64,000 nucleotides of DNA, taken from NCBI GenBank assembly GCA_964458305.1, contig CAYWIH010000001.1, positions 24,521 to 88,520 on the forward strand. Direction: 5' to 3'. The position numbers and the translations under genes were made by a program. Each line of letters begins with the position of its first letter. The stretch's first letter is position 1. Below, piece after piece: positions 31,277-40,331 of this stretch. The notes beneath the pieces are model-generated. The model did not search any database. It was not told the DNA's origin and saw only the letters and a list, made by a program, of their open reading frames with translations. The DNA is from an uncultured bacterium (GTDB taxonomy: Bacteria; Cyanobacteriota; Cyanobacteriia; Cyanobacteriales; JASJDA01).

Positions 31277-32746
31277 ATGCCTCCAACATTGCTGTTGTCT
31301 AAAGAATTACCCAACTTAGAATATCAATCTACACGCGATCGCTTCGATTCTACTTGGGAAGCACCCCTATCAACTTTACTAGGATTGGGCCGCGCTGCTG
31401 GTGCAGATTTTATCGAATTCTTCTTAGAAAGAGTTAACTACATCAATTGCTTGGCAGAAGACGATCGCATCACTAGCATAGTACCTCGTTTGTCGAGCGG
31501 TGCTGGAGTGCGGGTATTTCGCGGCAAACAGGATTGTTATGTCAGCACTAACGATCTCTCCTTTAACGGCTTAAAAGCTGCCTTAGAAAAGGGTTTATCT
31601 ATCTTAGGCTTGAATTTACCTAGCCCCCAAGCTTACATCCCAGAAATAAACCTGGAAATGTTGCGAGACTATGCTGTTGCCAAAGGTAAAGAAGCTTGGT
31701 TGGCTAATTGCAGCACTATGCAAGAAATGGGAGACATTCTCTTGGCTGCAAATAACATTATTAACCAAAAAGCTAGTCACGTACAATCGAGACGGGCTGT
31801 ATATTTCAGAGATTGGCAAGAGGTTTTAATCGCTGCTAGCGACGGCACTTTTGCTAGGGATATTCGCTTAACTCAATCTGTAGGTTACAATCTTCTTTGT
31901 GCCGATGGTGCTAATCGATCTTCAATTAGTAAAAGAGTTGGCAGCACTAGCAACCCCAATTTTCTCCGCGCTTGGAATTATGGTACTGATGCTGGCGAAG
32001 TTGCCGAATCTGCTGGTAAAATGCTTTATGCTGATTATGTCGAGTCGGGAAATTATCCGATCGTCATGGCTAACGAGTTTGGTGGGGTAATTTTCCACGA
32101 AGCTTGCGGACATTTATTAGAAACAACTCAAATTGAAAGTAAAGTAACTCCTTTTATCGATAAAAAAGGCGAAAAAATTGCCCACGAAAATTTGACCGCT
32201 TGGGATGAAGGTTTGACAGATAATGCCTTCGGTACTCTGGATATGGACGATGAAGGAATGCCAGTACAAAGAACATTATTAATTGAAAATGGCATCCTCA
32301 AAAACTTTTTGGCCGATCGCACCGGATCGATTCGTACCGGCCATCCTCGCACGGGAAGCGGCCGCCGTCAAAGTTATGCTTTTGCTGCTGCATCGCGAAT
32401 GCGTAATACTTATATTTCTGGTGGCGATTATTCTCTAGACGATCTTTTTGCTTCGATCGATAAGGGTATTTATTGTAAAAAAATGGGTGGTGGTAGTGTC
32501 GGTGCTACTGGTGAATTTAATTTTGCTGTCGATGAAGCTTATTTAATCGAAAATGGCAAAGTAACTAAACCTCTCAAAGGTGCTACTCTGATCGGCGAAG
32601 CTAAGGATATCATGAATAAAATCTCGATGTGTTCTCGAGATATGGGTTTAGCTCCCGGTTTCTGCGGCTCTGTTAGTGGTAGTATTTACGTTACTGTCGG
32701 ACAACCTCACCTTAAAGTAGATTCGATTACTGTCGGCGGTAGATAA
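31277..32746 (+). CDS. tldD: TldD/PmbA family metalloprotease
   Basis: [36 protein letters not shown]. Confidence 0.93.
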   Translation: MPPTLLLSKELPNLEYQSTRDRFDSTWEAPLSTLLGLGRAAGADFIEFFLERVNYINCLAEDDRITSIVPRLSSGAGVRVFRGKQDCYVSTNDLSFNGLKAALEKGLSILGLNLPSPQAYIPEINLEMLRDYAVAKGKEAWLANCSTMQEMGDILLAANNIINQKASHVQSRRAVYFRDWQEVLIAASDGTFARDIRLTQSVGYNLLCADGANRSSISKRVGSTSNPNFLRAWNYGTDAGEVAESAGKMLYADYVESGNYPIVMANEFGGVIFHEACGHLLETTQIESKVTPFIDKKGEKIAHENLTAWDEGLTDNAFGTLDMDDEGMPVQRTLLIENGILKNFLADRTGSIRTGHPRTGSGRRQSYAFAAASRMRNTYISGGDYSLDDLFASIDKGIYCKKMGGGSVGATGEFNFAVDEAYLIENGKVTKPLKGATLIGEAKDIMNKISMCSRDMGLAPGFCGSVSGSIYVTVGQPHLKVDSITVGGR

Positions 32747-32755
32747 GTAATTTAG

Positions 32756-32774
32756 ATGGGGGTTTTCCCTCATC
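32756..32774 (+). terminator. Terminator-like hairpin after tldD
   Basis: GATGGGGG-TTTT-CCCTCATC followed by TTT. Confidence 0.5.
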
Positions 32775-32816
32775 TTTGAGAAGATTTTTGATGCTTAGCG
32801 ATCGACCAATAAAAAG

Positions 32817-33170
32817 ATGCCAACTAAAGAACAAGCTATTGCTGCTTTAATATTGTGCCAGCAGATAACTAATAATTATCAACAGGTTCGTTTGTTTCGC
32901 TTCGATCGCGATCGCCAATTAAGTTATATCATTACTGGCTCTCAAGGCAATATCGAGGCGATCGTTTATCCCGATGGCAGTTGGATGTATAATGATGAGG
33001 CCGGAACTTTACAGGAGTTAAGAGAATCGGTTTTAGCTCGTAGGGACGATGCCGAAGCCTGGGAAAAATACGTCAGTTATCCTCGCGATAATTCTTATTC
33101 AGTTCCCCCAAATACCCCTACATCGGAATGGGAAGGAATTCTAAAAGGTTTATTTTTGAAAAATTCTTGA
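32817..33170 (+). CDS. DUF6888-like plus DUF6887-like fusion protein
   Basis: N-half MPTKEQ..CQ.ITN.YQ.VRLFRFD...I.AIVYPDGSW; C-half TLQELRESVLARRDDAEAW. Confidence 0.6.
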   Translation: MPTKEQAIAALILCQQITNNYQQVRLFRFDRDRQLSYIITGSQGNIEAIVYPDGSWMYNDEAGTLQELRESVLARRDDAEAWEKYVSYPRDNSYSVPPNTPTSEWEGILKGLFLKNS

Positions 33171-33376
33171 ATACTCTCTGTTTCTAGCTTTGAGGTAAAT
33201 TATAGAAATTTTGACAGTATCATCCTATTATAAGTTTCAAAATCAGTTTAGCACGGAAATATAGAATTAGGCAAGTTTTGCCCGATCGAAATGCTAAATC
33301 TATAGATAGAAAGAAAGGAAAAAATAGCGATCGAAAATAACTATTTAGAGTTGAAAAAACAGGATTTTAATAAGCT

Positions 33377-34141
33377 TTAACTCAGGGCTAATTTAATCAT
33401 ATAAATAGCCAGAGAAATTAATAAACCAGTAAAGAGATATCGCACCCAAATTTCGGGAAGTTTTGGTAACAAACGCGCACCTAATTGTCCGCCAATTAAA
33501 CTACCAAAACCGAGCATTAATCCAGGAAGCCAAAGAATATCCCCAGCGATCGCATATTGAGTAACTCCGACTCCAGAAATTAAAACAATTGCCCCCAAAC
33601 TAGTGACGATCGCAGCTTTGATAGACTGTGCCAAAAAGACCTTTTGTAATGGTACCATGACAATACCGCCGCCGACTCCAAACAAACCAGATAAGATGCC
33701 GGCCAAAAAACCGATCGAAGCAGCTTTAGGAACTGAAACTGAAGAATTTTTCTTAGTTTCAAAAACATTTTTCTGTTGACCTAACTTTTTTTTCCAGTTA
33801 ATCAAGTAAATAGCAACTAACTGCAATCCAGCAAAACCAAACAAAAGATAATTTTCTGGAATTATGTGGGCGATCGCGACTCCGATCGTCACAGAAAACA
33901 TCGCCGGAATAGCTAACATCAGAGCTAATTTAATATTTAATCGTTGCGATCGCCAATTTTGAAAAGAGCTAGAGATCGCGCCAACAGAAATACCCAATAA
34001 ACTAGTAGCAGTAGCTTGAATTGGAGCAGCCCCGACTAAAGTTAGAGCGGGAACGTAAAGTAAACCTCCCCCAATTCCTAATATGGCAGCAACTAAACCA
34101 ACAATAATTCCTAACGGTAACAGTCCTAAAAGATGGCTCAT
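33377..34141 (-). CDS. TauE/SafE (TSUP) family transporter
   Basis: Duplicated GIGGG..VP / GVGGG..VP motifs, ATSL, about 8 TMs. Confidence 0.92.
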   Translation of the reverse strand: MSHLLGLLPLGIIVGLVAAILGIGGGLLYVPALTLVGAAPIQATATSLLGISVGAISSSFQNWRSQRLNIKLALMLAIPAMFSVTIGVAIAHIIPENYLLFGFAGLQLVAIYLINWKKKLGQQKNVFETKKNSSVSVPKAASIGFLAGILSGLFGVGGGIVMVPLQKVFLAQSIKAAIVTSLGAIVLISGVGVTQYAIAGDILWLPGLMLGFGSLIGGQLGARLLPKLPEIWVRYLFTGLLISLAIYMIKLALS

Positions 34142-34145
34142 CTAA

Positions 34146-34715
34146 TTACAATTTAATCCTTTTGAGAGAATGGCGATATAACTCTGCTGTTTCTGCATAT
34201 CTTCGAGCGCGAATTTTATTTTGTTCGATTTCTTCTGGGCGAATCTCCCGATAAAATTTAGCAGGTACTCCACGCAAAACTACACCATCTGAAGGAGTGG
34301 GAGATTTTGTTACTAAAGAGCCAGCACTAACTATACAATCAGAGCCGATCGAAACTCGATCGAATACGTCGCTGTTGATGCCGATTAGGGATCTCGAGCC
34401 GATAGAACAACCATGGAGGGTAGCTCGATGTCCGACACTAACGCGATCGCTGACATTTACAGGTGTACCATCGGAGTGAATTACGCAACCGTCTTGAATA
34501 TTAGTATATTGACCAATATAAATAGGTGCTCGATCGCCTCGCAGTACTGCATTATACCATATGGATGCGCCTTCTGAAATTTCGACATCGCCAATAATTA
34601 CTGCTGTAGGTGCGATCCAAGCTTTTTTATGAATTTTAGGTATTTTATCTCCGAGGGCAAATATCCCAAAAACTCGATCGATAGATGTATTTGTTTCGGT
34701 TTGATACTCGAGCAT
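34146..34715 (-). CDS. Gamma carbonic anhydrase family protein (CaiE/PaaY/YrdA-like)
   Basis: IGDV.I, VLRGD, TNIQDG.VIH, VGH.ATLHGC hexapeptide repeats. Confidence 0.92.
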   Translation of the reverse strand: MLEYQTETNTSIDRVFGIFALGDKIPKIHKKAWIAPTAVIIGDVEISEGASIWYNAVLRGDRAPIYIGQYTNIQDGCVIHSDGTPVNVSDRVSVGHRATLHGCSIGSRSLIGINSDVFDRVSIGSDCIVSAGSLVTKSPTPSDGVVLRGVPAKFYREIRPEEIEQNKIRARRYAETAELYRHSLKRIKL

Positions 34716-34901
34716 TAGATTTAGATAAATTAATGAATTTGTTATTTATTAAGTTGAAAAAAAGACGGATTTTATGACGAGCGGCTGCTTTTAAAATTTT
34801 TAGTTTTATTTAGACTCGATTTGTTCGATGTCTAATCTGGTAAGTAAGCTAAATAGGTTATTGTGGCTTTATTTGTTGAGCTTTCTTAAACCACAAACCA
34901 G

Positions 34902-35825
34902 TTAAGCTCTACTTTTAATTAGGCTTCTTCCTCGATTAAAGCTGCGATCTTTTTGGTATGGTTTGGGGGCTAGTCCTAATAATTGGCGAGTTTCTTGAGG
35001 TGTAGCAATTTTTCTGCCATAAATTTGACATAAGTAAGCTGCTTGTTCGACTAGCTGAGCGTTAGAATTGGCTTTGATCCCTTTGCGAATATAAGTAGTA
35101 TCTTCTAATCCGGTGCGAACGTGTCCGCCTAAATGAATCGATAAAGCAGCCATGGGAAAATTGTACCTTCCCGCACCCAATCCAGTCCAGTGGGTTTCTT
35201 CTGGTAGCGATCGCACGAAATGTAATAAGTTAGCAGGATCGGCCGATATACCACCACTACCGAGTACGAAAAGGCAATTTAATCCCTTTTTAAGTACTCC
35301 TTTACGGACTAGATCGAAAGCATTTTCCATGTGTCCGATTTCAAATATATCTAATTCTGGTACTAATCCAGCATTGTAAATCCGTCGTGCTTGTAATTCA
35401 ATGTCTAAAGGTGAATTAAGAAAAATTCTTTCTCTTAAGTTCAAAGTTCCCATATTTAAAGAAACTAAATCGGGTTTGAGCGCATCATCGTAACCCCACA
35501 ATTTTGGTGTTAATTCCACACAAGTGCCTCGATCGATTCCGTCTTGAATACTAGTAGCACGGGTCGATATTTCTATAATTATTTCGGGACATCTCGATTT
35601 AATTTCATACAATACTTGTTGATATCTTTCTGGACGATGGGATTCCCTGCCATCATCTTCCCTTGGATGTACGTGAGCAACTCTAGCCCCTACTGCAAAT
35701 GCTTGTTCGATCGCTTTTGCTTGTTCGATCGGTGTAAAGGGAACGTTTGGGTTCATTTGACGGGATGTTGTCCCAGAAATCGCACAAGTGATTATACAAG
35801 GGGCTGATTGTCTAGCTGAAAGCAT
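34902..35825 (-). CDS. Beta-keto acid cleavage enzyme (BKACE/DUF849, Kce family)
   Basis: IITCAISG, P.TP, HVHPR Zn motif, PELDIFE, GGHVRTGLED, SNAQLV, ATPQETR. Confidence 0.93.
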   Translation of the reverse strand: MLSARQSAPCIITCAISGTTSRQMNPNVPFTPIEQAKAIEQAFAVGARVAHVHPREDDGRESHRPERYQQVLYEIKSRCPEIIIEISTRATSIQDGIDRGTCVELTPKLWGYDDALKPDLVSLNMGTLNLRERIFLNSPLDIELQARRIYNAGLVPELDIFEIGHMENAFDLVRKGVLKKGLNCLFVLGSGGISADPANLLHFVRSLPEETHWTGLGAGRYNFPMAALSIHLGGHVRTGLEDTTYIRKGIKANSNAQLVEQAAYLCQIYGRKIATPQETRQLLGLAPKPYQKDRSFNRGRSLIKSRA

Positions 35826-36334
35826 GTTTTTATTTCCTCAATTATTTGAAACCTATATACAAAAATGAGTTTGTCTCCTAGAGAGTTAACGATTTGACTC
35901 GTAAAAACCCGTTAAATTTAACACTAGTTAATAGTGCTAAATATATCTTAGTAATGTTTTTTAGTATTTCAAATCGGTATTACTAATCTATATAGTTAAA
36001 TGATTTTATTTTCGTGTCCTCGAATACATCAACTAAGTCGATCGAACCTAGTAACTTCAATTGTTTTGGCAACTCTTGCTTTAAGAACGATCGAACGATC
36101 TGGAGATTATTAAGGATTGTAAATATTTAAAATTGTGAAGCGCGATCTCGCCAACAAAAAATTGGCACTATTAACCCACTTTAAGATAGAAAATTAGTTT
36201 AGCATCAAAATATAGATTTAGACAAGTTTTATCTTATAAAATGGGAAAATAATAGATAGAAATAAAAAGAAAAATAGGCGATTGCAATTAATATTTTAAT
36301 ATCTTAAAAGTAGATTATTTTTGAAGTAACGACG

Positions 36335-36880
36335 ATGTCTTTTAATTGTAATAAACTTTTAATTTTAGATTTAGACGAAACTTTAATCCATAGTACGGAA
36401 AAAGAATTAGCTCGTCCTAGAGATTTAAGAATAGATGAATATAACGTTTATAAAAGACCAAATGTAGATGATTTTATGGTTAATTGTGCTGAAATATTTG
36501 ATTTAGCGGTATGGACGGCAGCAAGTCGGGATTATGCTAAAGAAATTATCGAGTTAATAATTCCAAAATCGATAGAATTGAAGTTTATTTTTACAGGCGA
36601 TCGGTGTACGAGAAGATACGATTACGATTTAATGGAAGCTTATTATATTAAACCGCTTAAAAAAGTAAAACGACGAGGATATTCTTTAGAGAAGGTTTTA
36701 ATTATTGACGATAGTCCAGAAAATTTTGAAAAAAATTACGGTAATGGTATTCAAGTAAAAAGATATTTCGGGGAAAAAGAAGATAACGAATTAATTTTAC
36801 TGTTGAAATATTTAAAACAAATTGCGACAGTAGAAAACGTGAGGACGATCGATAAAAGAGGATGGCGCGATCGGGTCTAA
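36335..36880 (+). CDS. HAD-family FCP1/NIF-like phosphatase
   Basis: LDLDETLIHS, KRP..DDF, VWTA, K.L, IIDDSP. Confidence 0.9.
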   Translation: MSFNCNKLLILDLDETLIHSTEKELARPRDLRIDEYNVYKRPNVDDFMVNCAEIFDLAVWTAASRDYAKEIIELIIPKSIELKFIFTGDRCTRRYDYDLMEAYYIKPLKKVKRRGYSLEKVLIIDDSPENFEKNYGNGIQVKRYFGEKEDNELILLLKYLKQIATVENVRTIDKRGWRDRV

Positions 36881-37005
36881 AACAATTTTTAAATCGGCAA
36901 TAGTTGAGAAAAATAAAAACTCAATACAGTTTGTGTATCCGGTAAATAATTTTGAAAAAGAGTTACTAATAAAATAAACTGGAATGGGGACAATTTTAAA
37001 AGATT

Positions 37006-37662
37006 ATGAACGATAAAATAAACAAAAAATGGATTAGTGCGGTTCGTTTTATCCTTATTGCGATCGGGGTTTGTTCGATCGTTTGGTGGGTTAATAAAAC
37101 AGGAATCGAGCAAATTAGAAGTAATATCGAGGATTTTGGAGTTTGGATTCCGGTAATACTATTTTTGCTGAGATTAGTAAGTATTGTCATTCCCGCCCTA
37201 CCCGGTACTGTCTACTCAATTTCTGCCGGAGCTTTATTAGGTTTTCAGTTAGGAATAGTTGTTATTTGTTTGGCAGATCTTATTTCTTGTAGCATTAGTT
37301 TTGCTCTTTCTAGAAAATACGGTCGCAAATTAGTTAAAAAAATAGTCGGGCCGAAATTTATCGATCGAGTCGATCGACTTTCTCAAAAACATTTAGAGGA
37401 TAATATCCCTTTATTAACTGGATTTTTAATGACTGGTTTTTTTGATTTTGTTTGTTATGGGGCGGGATTAACTAAAATAAAATGGTATAAATTTGCGATC
37501 GCTTTAATTGCGAGTATTGCTATTTCTAACCCGCCGATCGTTGCTTTAGGTGCTGGAATATTAGAAGGTGGAAAAATATTGTTAGGATTTGCAATTTTAG
37601 GGATTTTTGCCTTGGCGATCGTCACGGGATTTTTAAAAAGAAAAGAGAAGATCGATTTTTAA
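37006..37662 (+). CDS. TVP38/TMEM64 (DedA/VTT) family membrane protein
   Basis: IPALPG....AG.LLG, F.LSRKYG, FDFVCYGAGLT. Confidence 0.9.
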   Translation: MNDKINKKWISAVRFILIAIGVCSIVWWVNKTGIEQIRSNIEDFGVWIPVILFLLRLVSIVIPALPGTVYSISAGALLGFQLGIVVICLADLISCSISFALSRKYGRKLVKKIVGPKFIDRVDRLSQKHLEDNIPLLTGFLMTGFFDFVCYGAGLTKIKWYKFAIALIASIAISNPPIVALGAGILEGGKILLGFAILGIFALAIVTGFLKRKEKIDF

Positions 37663-37669
37663 ATTCTTT

Positions 37670-38695
37670 TTAAGAGATAGCTTCGTCGTCTTCTATTTTG
37701 GCATAAGCTTTAGAAATAATTTTGAGCTGCAAATCGAAACCTTCAGAACTATAACGAGGTGCGATCGGGGTTATTACACCCCCTTCACTGATATGTAATT
37801 TTTTGCCGGATACTGTTTCGTATTTAATTTTCTCGCAAAGTTTAACTATTTTATATTCGTCGTATTCTCCTTGGTATAAAATCGGTATCCAGTTAATTTT
37901 AATCTCTTCTGGTACTTCTTGATAAGGAACTATACGACCGTCTACAACTAATTTATAAAATAAAGCCCAAGGTCGATCGAAACCGTAGTTAAAGCCTTTT
38001 TGAATCGGCACTACTTCACCAAAAATTTGCACGTCATTATTGGGAAATAAAGAGGCTAAAGTTTCAAAAATATTGAGATTGTATCCAGCAGTCCAATAAA
38101 AATTATCCGCACTTTCTTTTAAAGTTAAACCTCGTCGCAGCATTCCTTTAGAACTTACAGCAATTTCCCCATTTTTATTACGAAAATAAACTACTTGAGA
38201 TCCGTGAATTTTTTCTGTGACTAAAACTGGTTCTTTAGGAATAAAATTGTCGGCATAAATGCGAAATTGTTCGACATCGTGCTTGGTTACATAGCTAAAA
38301 TCTAAGATTGGTTTTACTTCTCCGGCTAAACTTTGAGGAATTGGCGGTTCGTATTTAATAATCCCCAGCTGCTCAGAAATATCTTCATCGTAAGGAAAAA
38401 GATCTTTTGAATCTATTCTTTTTAATGGAATAATTACCCCCATAGATAATTGTCCTCGCAAACGAATAGTTCCGACTCTATTTTTTTCTGCACCTCTGAG
38501 GTATTTACGGTAATCTTCGGCAAGTTTTTCTGGAAGGATCGATCTTTCTGGTGCAAATATTACCGCATCTCCATCCCGATATACTCCCTTTTCTACTACC
38601 GCTTGAAACGTTCCTATTTTGAGCAATTCCAGCCTTTCAGCGTTGGGGTGGGGAAATACCTTAACTTTAGCTTTGATAACCCTAAATTCAGCCAT
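37670..38695 (-). CDS. ATP-dependent RNA ligase, DRB0094-like family
   Basis: N-terminal HPNAERLEL...IRLRGQLSMG module; motif I TEKIHG, FGEV, EGGVI, LKIIS. Confidence 0.9.
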   Translation of the reverse strand: MAEFRVIKAKVKVFPHPNAERLELLKIGTFQAVVEKGVYRDGDAVIFAPERSILPEKLAEDYRKYLRGAEKNRVGTIRLRGQLSMGVIIPLKRIDSKDLFPYDEDISEQLGIIKYEPPIPQSLAGEVKPILDFSYVTKHDVEQFRIYADNFIPKEPVLVTEKIHGSQVVYFRNKNGEIAVSSKGMLRRGLTLKESADNFYWTAGYNLNIFETLASLFPNNDVQIFGEVVPIQKGFNYGFDRPWALFYKLVVDGRIVPYQEVPEEIKINWIPILYQGEYDEYKIVKLCEKIKYETVSGKKLHISEGGVITPIAPRYSSEGFDLQLKIISKAYAKIEDDEAIS

Positions 38696-38849
38696 TTACA
38701 TAATTCCTAGTCTTTTTGTATTTTATTGTACTACATAAACGGTCGATTTAAGGGATGCGATCGGAGAAACTAGATTGTAAAGGTGTAAAAAAGAATTAAA
38801 TTGGATTGGATTTATCTACCGAAATGCGATCGCTAATCATAAAGGTCAT

Positions 38850-39101
38850 TTAAAAATATATATGTTGAGAATCAGAATCTAAACCCCACGCTCCAAAATT
38901 AATTGGAATTATTTCACCCTCACTATCGACAATATTATCGAGTAAGAAATTATTTTTAATTATTGCGAAATCATTTACATCATCTACGATCGGTTCTACA
39001 CCCAAAGCATTCTGAATTTCTTTTTTCGATCGAGTAACATAAATTATCTTTAAAAATTTAACTAGCTTTACTCGTGCGATCGCAGAATTATCTCGATCCT
39101 T
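38850..39101 (-). pseudogene. Start-less 83-codon open frame (probable gene remnant)
   Basis: ...IYVTRSKKEIQNALGVEPIVDDVNDFAIIKNNFLLDNIVDSEGEIIPINFGAWGLDSDSQHIYF*, co-oriented with the operon. Confidence 0.35.
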
Positions 39102-39128
39102 TTAATTTGAGATCTCTAATCTAGAGAG

Positions 39129-39890
39129 TTACTTTTTAGTTATTAATTCAGCAATAAAATTACTATATTCATCTTTCATTGGTAAATTTAAATCTCGTTT
39201 AATCTGAGTTCTTTTTGTAGTAATATTTTCGCCAGTTATTGGGTTGTATCCTATTTTTTCGTATTCTTGCCAATAAAGTCCTACTCCTCTTTTTTCCCAA
39301 CTAGGAAGATCGTTAAAATTAATGCCGTATTGAAATAGTAATTCGTTTTTATCTGCTACTGACATTCCTTTCATTATAGAAGTAGCTTTTCTAGCAGTTT
39401 TACCATCACGACGCAACGACCAATAACAATGAGAATTAAGGGAATTTCTATGTGCGTCTGCTTGTCTCCAGTTAAAGTAATCTATTACTATTTCTCTATT
39501 TGGTAACTGGCAAATTCGACAATCAAAAGTAGCTAAATCTCCTAATAATAACGATAATTTCGCGCTAGCAACTCCTGCTAAAACAGAATTGTATTTTCTC
39601 AGTTTGCGGTTAAATGTTTCTTCTTCTAGATCGAAGAGTAAAGATGTTTCATCGCTTTGAGTGTAAGCGTAAATAACTTTAAAACCGCAGTTCATTAAAT
39701 GTTCTGTTGTTGCTAACATATAGTCTCTAAATTGTTCGTCGTAAGGAGTTTTAAATTTATATACTTCTTTAGTCAGACGAGTAAAACTGCGACCATCTAA
39801 TCTAGCTACCATATAAATTCCTGGTAAAACACAATAATCGCTGTTAGTTTCGTAAACTCGCATTTTGGCATCTAGTTCGTCAAATTTCAT
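39129..39890 (-). CDS. Thg1-like protein (tRNA(His) guanylyltransferase family 3'-5' polymerase)
   Basis: VARLDGRSFT, YTQSDE.SL, FDCR, YF.WRQADA.RNSLN, KNELL..GINFNDLP.W.KRG. Confidence 0.95.
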   Translation of the reverse strand: MKFDELDAKMRVYETNSDYCVLPGIYMVARLDGRSFTRLTKEVYKFKTPYDEQFRDYMLATTEHLMNCGFKVIYAYTQSDETSLLFDLEEETFNRKLRKYNSVLAGVASAKLSLLLGDLATFDCRICQLPNREIVIDYFNWRQADAHRNSLNSHCYWSLRRDGKTARKATSIMKGMSVADKNELLFQYGINFNDLPSWEKRGVGLYWQEYEKIGYNPITGENITTKRTQIKRDLNLPMKDEYSNFIAELITKK

Positions 39891-40329
39891 TTCGATACTC
39901 CTCGACGATAAATGAATAGTTTGAATCTATTTTTACTGTATAAATGCGATCGAACCCTTCTTTATAGCTGGGTTTTTCTAATTTTTTGTAAGTAGAGATA
40001 ATCCCAACTACAGGAATTTTTTGTTTAATATGACGCAGTTCGTTTCTTTGTTTACAACTTTCTAGATCTGAAAAAAAATAGTAAGCAATAATAGTAAAAT
40101 TATGTTCTTTTGCTGCGGAAATATAACGCTGTCTTTCGGCTAATGTAGGATTAGTATTATCGATGACAAAATTTTGTTTTGCTTCTAAACAAGCTTCAAA
40201 AATAAGCTTTTCTCGATGACGAGTTTTCAGCATATCTAAATTGATACGAATATGGGTATCTAAAAAATGTTCTCGATAAAAAGTAGATTTACCCGATGCT
40301 TGAATACCGATGAATATAACTGCTTCCAT
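39880..40329 (-). CDS. P-loop kinase (AAA_33/polynucleotide kinase-like)
   Basis: GIQASGKST, INLD, VIDNTNP...R..Y, RN..R, P...EGF. Confidence 0.9.
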   Translation of the reverse strand: MEAVIFIGIQASGKSTFYREHFLDTHIRINLDMLKTRHREKLIFEACLEAKQNFVIDNTNPTLAERQRYISAAKEHNFTIIAYYFFSDLESCKQRNELRHIKQKIPVVGIISTYKKLEKPSYKEGFDRIYTVKIDSNYSFIVEEYRNEI

Positions 40330-40331
40330 AA

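Noticed and set aside
31277..32746. tldD without adjacent tldE/pmbA
   Set aside because: The partner can be encoded elsewhere; not informative from one window.
35826..36334. Possible riboswitch upstream of the BKACE cluster
   Set aside because: AT-rich, with no recognisable aptamer consensus or terminator/antiterminator pair.
38696..39128. tRNA-like or Y-RNA-like ncRNA within the repair island
   Set aside because: No cloverleaf or TTC-loop signature seen; the region is better explained by a coding remnant plus promoter.
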